From: Chthoniobacteraceae bacterium | GTDB lineage: Bacteria > Verrucomicrobiota > Verrucomicrobiia > Chthoniobacterales > Chthoniobacteraceae | NCBI GenBank assembly: GCA_031409655.1 | Contig: JANNXQ010000133.1 | Location: forward strand, 1-43,099 | DNA length: 43,099 nt | Direction of reading: 5' to 3' | Shown: one piece after another, positions 1-8,231 of the stretch | How the letters are laid out: the number at the start of each line of letters is the position of its first letter | Numbering within the stretch: the first letter of the stretch is position 1 | Notes under the pieces: model-generated | Databases searched by the model: none | Told to the model about the DNA's origin: nothing | What the model saw: the letters and a program-made list of their open reading frames with translations, nothing else | Made by a program: the position numbers and the translations under genes

Positions 1-162
1 CGCGCCGGTGATGACTTTGATGAGCGTGGATTTTCCTGCGCCGTTTTCGCCGAGGAGCGCGTGGACTTCGCCGGCTTGCAGCGAAAACGAGACGCCTTTC
101 AGCGCGCGCACGGCGCCGAAGGATTTTGCGATTTGAGTGAGTTGAAGCAACGGGGCGTCCAT
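1..162 (-). CDS. Sugar ABC transporter ATP-binding protein (RbsA/XylG-like), N-terminal part; runs off the window edge
   Basis: Not in the ORF track. Manual translation of the minus strand from ATG at 162 gives [54 protein letters not shown], with the CUT2-type Walker [10 protein letters not shown]. Confidence 0.9.
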   Translation of the reverse strand, partial: MDAPLLQLTQIAKSFGAVRALKGVSFSLQAGEVHALLGENGAGKSTLIKVITGA

Positions 163-209
163 CGTGGGGGCGCTCGTTGTAGCGAGATCGTCCGCGCGGC
201 GGCGAGTGG

Positions 210-2792
210 CTATTTAACCTGCGCGGTTTTCTTCGCCGGGACCTTGGGCTTGAGTTCCTCGGCGGTCCAGGAACGCGTGCGTTCCTTGAACTGGGCGCGC
301 ACTATCGCCACCTCCGCGGGACTGACCGGCGAGGCGTTGTGCTCCCACTCGCGGCGCGTGTAAGTGAGCACCCCAGCGATGTCTTCGTCGCTGAGCTGCG
401 GGAGCGGCGGCATTTCGAGCTGCCAGGTAGTGCCGTTTACGGAGATGGGTCCGCCGACGCCGTGGAGGATGATGCGGGCGGCGATGTCGGGCTTGCCGAG
501 CACCCATTCGGAATCGAGGAGCGGAGGCGCGAGACCATCGAGGCCGATGCCGCCCGGCTGATGGCAGCCGATGCAGAGACTGTTGTACACCGTCTTTCCT
601 TTTTCAAAGAGCACCTGCTCGGCGTCCGTGAGCGGCACGATGACCGGCGGTGGCGGCACGCCCGGCTTACCCGGCCAGGCGAGACGACGGTCGAGCGCGG
701 CGACGAACTTTTTCGCCTTCTCACTTCCCACCGCCTGGAGCGCGGCGAGCGCGGGCGGGGCGGCATCGAGGTAGAAAAGCTTCGCGGGTGACCTGCCTTT
801 CTTTTGCTCGGCGCCGGCCATCGCGCTGAGGAGATCGAGCTGACGCGGGCTGGCGGCGGGTTCGGCGGCGACGAGTTCGATGAGGCGGGCGACGCGCGAG
901 GCGCGGCGATCTTTGACCACGCAGCCGGCGAGCAGCGGGAGCACCCGAGATTGATCGATGGTTTTGCTTTTCGCTGCGGGACTCTTGAGCAGCGTCTCGA
1001 TGAATTCGAGTTCGCGCCCGCGCAGGCCGGTGGCCACAGCTTCGCCGAGGAGATCGCTGCCGCCGGTGGCGAGCAAGGTGATGAGCGCGTGCTCGATCTC
1101 GGGTCCGGGCTGGGCGCTGAGGCTGAAGGCGAGTTGGAGGCGCACCTCCGGGCTCGGGTCGTTCACGAGCTTCACGAGTTCCGGCGCGAGCATGCGGTCG
1201 GCGATGCGCACGGCGGCAGCACGGACCTTCGGATCTTTGTCCTTGAGTCGCGCGACCACGACATCCGGCGCGAGCGGCAGCGCGCCCATTCCTTCCAGCG
1301 TCCACAAGGCGTGCAGGCGGCCTTTGGCGTTCGGGCTCTCGGCGGCAATCTTTTTCACCGCGTCCACGACCGTCGCGTCGTTGCGTTCGACGAGCACGCG
1401 CTGGGCAGTGTCGCGCACAGCACCATTTGCATGCGCGAGCAAAGGCACGATGGCCGCGCTTTCCTTCGGCATCTTCACTGCCGCGGGCTTCGCGCCCTCC
1501 GGGACGATGCGGATGATGCGACCGAGACTGATCGGCGTCTCGAGTTTCCGATCCTTGATATTTGCGATGAGGTAGTGCGTGAGGAAGAAGCGGTGCTGAA
1601 TGATGCCGCGCGCCATGTCCACGATGTAGAGCGCGCCGTCGGGACCGGTGGCCGAGTTCACCGGGCGGAAACGCTCGTCGGTGGACGTGAGGAACTCGCG
1701 GCCTTCGTAGGCGTTCTTGCCCGTCACGGTGCCGGCCTTGTCGGTGAGGACGAGACGCTTCACGAGATTGCCTGAGGGCTCGGGAATGAAGGCGTTGCCG
1801 CGAAACTCCGCGGGGAAAAGATCGCCGCGATAGATGGTCGCGCCGCAGGTCGCGGTCGCGGTGGCGAGGGAGCCGTCCGGGCGGAGTTGCGTGTCGGTGT
1901 AGCCGCGATTCACGCCAGGTGTCGGGCCGGCGGGCCAAGTGGTTTGTTCGGCGATGACGCGGAAATTCAGCGCGGTCTTCGTCGCGACGTTCGGATTGCG
2001 CGAGTAGTAGGGACTGGAGACGAGGTCGGAGCGGAGGAGGTCGCTGTTGTAGTTGAAATAGAGGCGACCGAAATCGTCCTGCGTGAGGCCCCACTGACCG
2101 CGGGCGCCGGGTGCGGGCTCGGTGACAAATTTTCCCGCCTGATAGCGGAAGCGCTGGTTGCCACCGCCGGTCCAGATCCAGTTATCGAGCGCCCAGAGGG
2201 GCGTGTTCACCATGTGCTCGGGCTGGCCGCCGGCCTGGCCGTATTCAGTATTCACGGGGGTCTGCTCATCGGCCACGCCATCGCCATTCGTGTCGCGATA
2301 GTACGTGAGATTTGGCGGCACGCCGACCAGCGCGCCGTCGCCGAGCGCCATCACCCCGCGCGGCATCAGGAGCTTGTCCACGAAGACCGTGGACTTATCC
2401 ATTTTCCCATCGCCGTCGGTGTCTTCGAGCCGCGAGATGCGCCCGGTGGGCTGATCCTCGCCCGTCGCGTCGATGTCGTGCATGTAGCCGCGCATCTCGC
2501 AGACGTAGAGACGGCCCTGATCGTCAAAGCTGATCGCCACGGGCGTCTCGATCATCGGCTCGCTGGCGACGATCTCGGCGCGGAAACCTTTGGGCAGCTT
2601 GAAGGTCTTGAGCAATTGCTCCGGCGTGAGCACCGGTGGCGGCGGCAGCTTGAACTTCAAGACCACTTCTTCGGGTCCGCGGTTTTTGGTGCGGTCGCTC
2701 TTGGGTTTCTCGCCCCCCGCGGCGGAGGACCGCGAGGGGACCGAGAAGAGCGCGCAGGCGATGGAAGCGGTGAGATAGGTGCGGAAGGTCAT
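210..2792 (-). CDS. PVC-type heme-binding CxxCH protein (propeller dehydrogenase-like domain, HEAT repeats, cytochrome c)
   Basis: Signal peptide from MTFRTYL; motifs [27 protein letters not shown] and [23 protein letters not shown]-like repeats ([18 protein letters not shown]); C-terminal CIGCH with distal Met (MPP). Start chosen at ATG 2792. Confidence 0.85.
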   Translation of the reverse strand: MTFRTYLTASIACALFSVPSRSSAAGGEKPKSDRTKNRGPEEVVLKFKLPPPPVLTPEQLLKTFKLPKGFRAEIVASEPMIETPVAISFDDQGRLYVCEMRGYMHDIDATGEDQPTGRISRLEDTDGDGKMDKSTVFVDKLLMPRGVMALGDGALVGVPPNLTYYRDTNGDGVADEQTPVNTEYGQAGGQPEHMVNTPLWALDNWIWTGGGNQRFRYQAGKFVTEPAPGARGQWGLTQDDFGRLYFNYNSDLLRSDLVSSPYYSRNPNVATKTALNFRVIAEQTTWPAGPTPGVNRGYTDTQLRPDGSLATATATCGATIYRGDLFPAEFRGNAFIPEPSGNLVKRLVLTDKAGTVTGKNAYEGREFLTSTDERFRPVNSATGPDGALYIVDMARGIIQHRFFLTHYLIANIKDRKLETPISLGRIIRIVPEGAKPAAVKMPKESAAIVPLLAHANGAVRDTAQRVLVERNDATVVDAVKKIAAESPNAKGRLHALWTLEGMGALPLAPDVVVARLKDKDPKVRAAAVRIADRMLAPELVKLVNDPSPEVRLQLAFSLSAQPGPEIEHALITLLATGGSDLLGEAVATGLRGRELEFIETLLKSPAAKSKTIDQSRVLPLLAGCVVKDRRASRVARLIELVAAEPAASPRQLDLLSAMAGAEQKKGRSPAKLFYLDAAPPALAALQAVGSEKAKKFVAALDRRLAWPGKPGVPPPPVIVPLTDAEQVLFEKGKTVYNSLCIGCHQPGGIGLDGLAPPLLDSEWVLGKPDIAARIILHGVGGPISVNGTTWQLEMPPLPQLSDEDIAGVLTYTRREWEHNASPVSPAEVAIVRAQFKERTRSWTAEELKPKVPAKKTAQVK

Positions 2793-2941
2793 AAAACGAG
2801 TGCGGTGAGATAGTCCATCACCTGCCCGGCGGCACGTAGATTTTCCGGTGTCGCGGAGCAAAGCGGTGACGAATGCCACCCGCGGCGCGTCGGCGTCTTT
2901 GGAACTTTTCCCCGCACCCGCGCCCAGCGCCGGCCTTTCGC

Positions 2942-4240
2942 CTACTGCACGTCTGGGGCACCGCCTGGCTGCGGCGGAGCGGCGTCGCGGGGCGGTTCGC
3001 GATGCTCGACGCGCGTGCGCGCATCCATCGAGCCCAGTTTCCGGCGCACCGTCTCTGGCAACTGTCGGCGCTGCTCTTCCGTGTCGATGGGCCCTTCAAA
3101 AATGAGCGCGCCTTTCGGGTCTTTCGCGGTCACGACGCGCTTGCCATTTTCATTCCGCACGTCGATCGAGCCAGCATCGTCCGTGATCGAGACGTGGGCA
3201 TTTGCGGTGCTCCATGTCGTGGTCGCGCCGTCCTGCTTGCGCTGCACGGCCGGGGCGCCGCCGGGGCGCATTTCGCGGAGCACATCGGGCGGGAGCGGGC
3301 CGGGTTGCTCGGTCGGACCGAGGTTGGGAAACTTCGGGGTCTCGGGAAATTTCTCGCCGGGATTCTTCCGCCACTGCTCAACCTTTTCCTGAAACTCCTT
3401 CATCCGCTTCTGCCAGTCGCGGGTCATCTCCTGCGCCTTGCGGCCCATGTCTTGCGCGCGCTCGGCGAGCGGGCCCGCCATCTCCTCAGCGCGACGGCGA
3501 AAATTTCCAAAGTCCGGCATCGGCAGCGTCGTGCGCGATCCACCCATGGCGCGATCCGGCAACATCTTTTCGCCGATCTTCACGCTGAGCGTCTTCTCCG
3601 CGCCTTTGCGCAGCACGGTCAGGCTCACGGTGGCATCTTTGCCGGCGGCGCGCACGAGGGCGGCGAGTTGGTTCGGATCGACGAGTTTCTGGTCGTCAAA
3701 TTTCGTCAGCACATCGTAGCGCTCCACCCCTCCCACTCCGGCAGGGCTGTCGGCCAGCACTTCATCGACGACGAGCCCGAAGCCTTCCGGCAGGCTGGCC
3801 TGCGCCGCGACCGCTGGCGTGGCAGGAGTCGTGACGACGCCGAGGTAAGGACGCAACTGCTGCGCCATGGGCTTGTCGGAAGGATTCCGGGTACTGCCTT
3901 CCCCGCGGGGCTCACCATCGCGGCGCGGTTGCTCGCCGGTGCCCGGCTGGGGATTCGGGCGGTCGCCGCCGCGATCGGGCGGGGCTCCCTGCGGGCCGCC
4001 GTCGGGACGATCACCTTCGGGCCGCTGGAATGGCCGGCGCGGGCGATCGCCCTGGCCTTCGCGCGCTCCTCCCGGAGCACGATCACCCTCGGGACGAGGC
4101 GGAGCGCCAGGTCCGCGCTCGCGCTCCTTCGGATACACGGGCGCATCCGGACGTTGTGGAGGTGGCGGCGGATTGTCTTGCGCAGTGACGACGCTCGCCG
4201 TGGCGGCAAGAACAAGGAGGGTGTGGAGTTTGCGTTTCAT
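2942..4240 (-). CDS. Secreted PDZ-domain protein with Pro/Gly/Arg-rich N-terminus
   Basis: Signal peptide MKRKLHTLLVLAATASVVTAQ; PDZ pattern PYLGV...GLVVDEVLADSPAGVGGVERYDVLTKFD...LTVLRKG; no protease domain seen. Confidence 0.75.
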   Translation of the reverse strand: MKRKLHTLLVLAATASVVTAQDNPPPPPQRPDAPVYPKERERGPGAPPRPEGDRAPGGAREGQGDRPRRPFQRPEGDRPDGGPQGAPPDRGGDRPNPQPGTGEQPRRDGEPRGEGSTRNPSDKPMAQQLRPYLGVVTTPATPAVAAQASLPEGFGLVVDEVLADSPAGVGGVERYDVLTKFDDQKLVDPNQLAALVRAAGKDATVSLTVLRKGAEKTLSVKIGEKMLPDRAMGGSRTTLPMPDFGNFRRRAEEMAGPLAERAQDMGRKAQEMTRDWQKRMKEFQEKVEQWRKNPGEKFPETPKFPNLGPTEQPGPLPPDVLREMRPGGAPAVQRKQDGATTTWSTANAHVSITDDAGSIDVRNENGKRVVTAKDPKGALIFEGPIDTEEQRRQLPETVRRKLGSMDARTRVEHREPPRDAAPPQPGGAPDVQ

Positions 4241-4302
4241 AGGATCTGAGTTCGTGGATTCGCTCGGGAGGGACGGGTGGAAAATTTAACGGTCTGCCGT
4301 CT

Positions 4303-4824
4303 TCACTGCATCGCCACGGGCATGAGCACGATGTCCTCCCGCGGGATCTCGACTTCGACGCGCGCGCCGGTATCGGGATTGATCCAGGCATAGCGCTCCA
4401 CCGAGCGGTAGCGGATCTCCCGGAGCGGCTCCTCGCCTTCTCCGTAGAGGATGCCGCTATCGTCGGCATCGAGGAATTCGCGTTCGCTTTCCGCAGGGAG
4501 GAAGCTCTCCGCCTCGTCGTCCACGGCGGCGATCACCGAGGTCGCGGGTTTTTCGGACTGCTCTGCTTTTTGCAAATGCAGCAAGAGCGCGACTGCGGCA
4601 GTCGCTCCAGCCAGCGCCCAGCCAAGGCCGCGCAGCCATTGGCCAAAGAACCCCGGAGCGGCAGGACGCGCAATCACTCCGGCACCCGGCGCCCCCGTCG
4701 TGCGTGGCGCCGCGACGAACTCCCGGCGTTCACCGAGATCTGCGGCGATGCGGTCTTCGAGGCTGGTGGAAGGCACGCTGGGACGCAGTCCGCGCAGTTC
4801 ATTCTCGAGATCAGATTCGTTCAT
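4303..4824 (-). CDS. Putative single-pass anti-sigma factor
   Basis: Overlaps the 3' end of the ECF sigma gene; N-terminal LENELRGLRP, one hydrophobic helix (GLGWALAGATAAVALLLHL) and a C-terminal beta-rich domain. Confidence 0.6.
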   Translation of the reverse strand: MNESDLENELRGLRPSVPSTSLEDRIAADLGERREFVAAPRTTGAPGAGVIARPAAPGFFGQWLRGLGWALAGATAAVALLLHLQKAEQSEKPATSVIAAVDDEAESFLPAESEREFLDADDSGILYGEGEEPLREIRYRSVERYAWINPDTGARVEVEIPREDIVLMPVAMQ

Positions 4825-5338
4825 ATTCTTGCGGCTTCAGCTGCTTACGGAGGGCCTCGAGCGCGTAACGGTAGCGCGAGGCGACGGTGTTGATGGATTC
4901 GCCAAGGGTCTCGGCGATCTGCGCAAAGGTGAGATCACTCCAGATGCGCAGGACGAGCACTTCGCGCTGCGGCGCCGGGAGGTCGCGCATCGCGGCCTCG
5001 ACGACGAGGCTGTTTTCATGCTGCTCGATAGAGCGGTCGAAGTAGGGCTCGTCTTCGCGCAGGACGCCAGAGTCGGGATTGTTTTCGCGGCGGGTGCGGC
5101 GGTCATTGCCGCGCAGAAAATCGAGCGCCGAGGTGCGCACCGCGGAGTAGAGCAGCGGGTAGTGCTCTGGCTGCGCGTCGGGCCGATGCTTCCAAAATTT
5201 GACGAAGGCCGTCTGCACGACATCCTCGGCGTCCGCCTGGCAGTGGAGCCATTGGCGGGCGTAGAGCAACAGCTTGGGCGCAAGCTGCCGGTAGCAAGTT
5301 TTCCAGTTTTCATCAGAGGGGCCGGGGTGCATCGGCAT
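4811..5338 (-). CDS. ECF RNA polymerase sigma-70 factor
   Basis: Region 2 DAEDVVQTAFVKFW; region 4 LPAPQREVLVLRIWSDLTFAQIAETLGESINTVASRYRYA. Start is ATG 5338 or 5332. Confidence 0.9.
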   Translation of the reverse strand: MPMHPGPSDENWKTCYRQLAPKLLLYARQWLHCQADAEDVVQTAFVKFWKHRPDAQPEHYPLLYSAVRTSALDFLRGNDRRTRRENNPDSGVLREDEPYFDRSIEQHENSLVVEAAMRDLPAPQREVLVLRIWSDLTFAQIAETLGESINTVASRYRYALEALRKQLKPQEYERI

Positions 5339-5417
5339 TGGTTTCACTGGGGGCAACGCCACGATGGCCCTGTTTTGTCTGCGCGGCGCGGGGAATTTTT
5401 CCCACTGGGATAGCGCA

Positions 5418-5577
5418 GAGAATGGGACCACAGATGACACAGATGACGCAGACGGGAGCAGGAGTGCGGAGCCAGTCGGCATCTGGGTGGGTTGCTTCAT
5501 CCGTCACGCTTCCGGTGTAACGAAAGGCCCATCCATTCTCCATCTGTGAAATCTGTGTGATCTGTGGTCTCACTCTC
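5418..5577. repeat. Intergenic inverted repeat built from 9-mer (ACACAGATG-like) units
   Basis: 5418-5444 GAGAATGGGACCACAGATGACACAGAT matches the reverse complement of 5551-5577 at 24 of 27 positions; a further unit lies inside each arm. Confidence 0.8.
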
Positions 5578-5581
5578 TGGG

Positions 5582-6592
5582 TCATCCCGGGAGCGAGGAG
5601 ATGAGACGACGAATCGCGCGGCGATGCGGCGAAGGCATCGGGGCGTCCGCGATGTTTGCCAGCTCGAACCACTTTTGCTCCGCCCCCAAGGCTCGCGGAG
5701 CCCGGCCCGTATAGACGCTGAGCGACACGCGATGATGCGTAAAAGGGTACGCCAGCGCCAGCAGGAGCGCGGCGCCTTCGGGGCGAACCGCCAGCGGCGG
5801 AAGTTTCCAAAGACCCCGCCAGCGGGGGCCAAACTGCTGCTCGAGCAAGACGTGCCCATCCTTCACGATCCACGCACAGTCCTCGCTCAGTTCGACCGTC
5901 TTCCGACGCGGCTTTTTCACCGGCAACGTCTCCGGCGACTCCGCCCGGCAGTGAGCGCGCACTGGGCAGATCGAGCATTGCGGCTGGCGCGGGATGCAAA
6001 GGAGTGCGCCGAGTTCCATGAGCGCGGAGTTAAAGACGCGCGCGCCGCGTTTCGGGACCAGCGCTTCGGCAGCAGTCCAGAGGATGTCCGCACCCCACGT
6101 CGCATCGATGGGCTCGCGCAAATTCAGGAGCCGCGCGAGCACCCGGGCGACATTCGCGTCGAGGATCGGCGCGGGGAGATCGAAGGCGAAACTCGCAATC
6201 GCGCCCGCCGTGTAGCGACCGACTCCGGGGAGCGCGCGGATGGCTTCGAGATCGGCGGGCAAGGTGCCGCCGTGCCGCTCCACGACGTGCTTTGCGGCGC
6301 GGTGGAGATTGCGCGCCCGGGCGTAGTAACCGAGCCCCTGCCAAAGATGGAGCACATCATTTTCGTCCGCCCCGGCGAGCGACCGGAAGTCTGGGAACCG
6401 GGCCAGCCAGCGCTCGTAGTAGGGCAGCACGGTGACCACCTGCGTCTGCTGGAGCATGAACTCCGAGACCAGCACCGCATACGGATCAGTGGTCCGCCGC
6501 CAGGGCAGATCCCGCCCCTGCTGGCGGAACCAGCGGACCAGCGCCGGGCCAAAGACTTTCGGGTTTTCGATCGTGTAGTTTTGCTCGGGCAC
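5582..6592 (-). CDS. mutY: A/G-specific adenine DNA glycosylase
   Basis: RDLPWR, VSEFMLQQTQV, WQGLGYYARARNLH, HhH motif LPGVGRYTAGAI, DANVARV, and 4Fe-4S motif C-X6-C-X2-C-X5-C. Start assumed at GTG 6592; the longer ORF extends into a repeat. Confidence 0.93.
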   Translation of the reverse strand: MPEQNYTIENPKVFGPALVRWFRQQGRDLPWRRTTDPYAVLVSEFMLQQTQVVTVLPYYERWLARFPDFRSLAGADENDVLHLWQGLGYYARARNLHRAAKHVVERHGGTLPADLEAIRALPGVGRYTAGAIASFAFDLPAPILDANVARVLARLLNLREPIDATWGADILWTAAEALVPKRGARVFNSALMELGALLCIPRQPQCSICPVRAHCRAESPETLPVKKPRRKTVELSEDCAWIVKDGHVLLEQQFGPRWRGLWKLPPLAVRPEGAALLLALAYPFTHHRVSLSVYTGRAPRALGAEQKWFELANIADAPMPSPHRRAIRRLISSLPG

Positions 6593-6623
6593 TTCAGCGG
6601 ATGGGACAGGGACGCGCGGAGGA

Positions 6624-6732
6624 GAACATCGAACATCGAACATTCAACATCGAACATCGAATGTCTCGCCCCCGCGCCTCGGCGCGGTCCCTCATTCGAT
6701 GTTGAATGTTCGATGTTCGATGTTCGATGTTC
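6624..6732. repeat. Inverted pair of heptamer arrays (GAACATC)n...(GATGTTC)n
   Basis: About 40-bp arms at 6624-6663 and 6693-6732 with a 29-bp GC-rich spacer. Confidence 0.9.
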
Positions 6733-6742
6733 CCCCATACCC

Positions 6743-7729
6743 ATGCCTCGCCACTCAGATGCGCCTGAGCCCAAGCCGCTCACTTTATACACCTCGCCGC
6801 TCACCGCCGAGCAGGCGCAGAAGCTCCGCGCGCTGCTCGTGGCCGACGATTACAAGTTCGAGCCGAAACCCTACACGCTCTTCTACGCCGTGAAGGACAA
6901 GCTGAACGTCGCGGTGTACGAAAAGGGGCCGAAGGTCGTGCTACAGGGGAAGGGCACGGGGGATTTCGTCACCTTCCGGCTGGAACCGGAGATCCTCGGC
7001 GAAGCCCGCGTCGGCTACGAAGAGGTGCATAATCCCGAGATGTTTTCGCCGCACTTCGGCGTGGACGAAAGCGGCAAGGGCGACTTCTTCGGCCCGCTCG
7101 TCATCGCGGGCTGCTACACGGACGCCGACATCGCGCGGCAGCTCATGAAGGCCGGCATTCAGGACAGCAAACGCATCGGCAGCGACAGCCGCATCCGCGA
7201 GCTGGCGGCGATCATCAAGACCACACCGGGCGCGACGCACAGCGTCATCGCGATCGGGCCGGAGAAGTACAACGAGCTCTACGGAAAGTTCAAAAACCTG
7301 AACCGCCTGCTCGCGTGGGGCCACGCGAAGGTCATCGAAAACCTGCTCGAAGCGCGCCCCGAATGTCCCCGCGCCTTGAGCGATCAATTTGCCAACCCGA
7401 GTCTCATTAAACGCGCGCTCATGGAGAAAGGGCGCGGCATCCAACTCGACCAGCGGACGAAGGCCGAAAGTGACCTCGCAGTGGCCGCGGCATCGATCCT
7501 CGCGCGGGAGCGTTTTATCGACTGGCTGAACACTGCTGGCGCGCGTCTGCAAGTGACCCTGCCTCGCGGCGCGTCAAGTCAGGTAAAGGATGTCGCGCGC
7601 ACCCTGGTCGCGGCGCGCGGCGCGGATTTCCTCTCCCAAGTCTCAAAAACCCATTTCAAAACGGCCGCGGAGGTCGCGCCGCAATATTTTACCAAACCTT
7701 CCTTGCCCGAGCCCGAAACGCGGCCATAA
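6743..7729 (+). CDS. rnhC: Ribonuclease HIII
   Basis: N-terminal TBP-like domain (VAVYEKGPKVVLQGKG), then GVDESGKGDFFGPLV, QDSK, LNRLLAWGH, DQF, VAAASILAR and K-THF. ATG at 6743 lies within ORF 5564..7729. Confidence 0.92.
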   Translation: MPRHSDAPEPKPLTLYTSPLTAEQAQKLRALLVADDYKFEPKPYTLFYAVKDKLNVAVYEKGPKVVLQGKGTGDFVTFRLEPEILGEARVGYEEVHNPEMFSPHFGVDESGKGDFFGPLVIAGCYTDADIARQLMKAGIQDSKRIGSDSRIRELAAIIKTTPGATHSVIAIGPEKYNELYGKFKNLNRLLAWGHAKVIENLLEARPECPRALSDQFANPSLIKRALMEKGRGIQLDQRTKAESDLAVAAASILARERFIDWLNTAGARLQVTLPRGASSQVKDVARTLVAARGADFLSQVSKTHFKTAAEVAPQYFTKPSLPEPETRP

Positions 7730-7739
7730 GTAGCGGCTT

Positions 7740-8069
7740 ATGGGAACATTAACGAAAAGGGAACTCGTTGTGAAAATCAGCAATGAAACGGGTCTCGTCC
7801 AACATCAGGTCTTCGAAGTCGTCCAGCGGACGCTCGATCATATCACTGACGCACTCGCCTCTGGCGACACCGTCGAACTGCGGAACTTCGGCGTCCTCGA
7901 AGTGAAGCTCACCAAACCGCGCGTGGGACGGAATCCAAACGTCCCCGGCAGCAGTTTCGTGATCCCCGCACGCGCCACGGTCAAATTCAAGGCCGGCAAG
8001 ATCATGAAGCAGAAAGTAGCAAACCTTTCTGCCGTCATGAAGCGTGAGTTAGAGGCGAAGTCGGCTTAG
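7740..8069 (+). CDS. HU/IHF-family DNA-binding protein
   Basis: LTKRELV...VELRNFGVLEV...PRVGRNP...IPARATVKFKAGK. Confidence 0.92.
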   Translation: MGTLTKRELVVKISNETGLVQHQVFEVVQRTLDHITDALASGDTVELRNFGVLEVKLTKPRVGRNPNVPGSSFVIPARATVKFKAGKIMKQKVANLSAVMKRELEAKSA

Positions 8070-8231
8070 CGGCCAGCGTTCTCCTGTCGCGGCGCCAGTG
8101 GCCCAAAGAAGCAGCTCGCTTCTCGCCAACGACCGCGCCCGCATCCGACGCTGGCCTGCGCATTCCGCGCATTTTCGTCGCGCCGATTGCTTTCCGTCGT
8201 TCGTAGCGCGACCATGCGCACCCTTTTGCCC

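Noticed and set aside
5340..5410. Possible autoregulatory ECF promoter (ACAAAAC...CGTT on the minus strand)
   Set aside because: The AAC-CGT spacing is 13 nt rather than the usual 16-17, and there is no second instance to support it.
5564..6742. 721-aa ORF suggesting a long N-terminal extension of RNase HIII
   Set aside because: The extension is antisense to mutY and reads through the heptamer repeat; the plausible start is ATG 6743.
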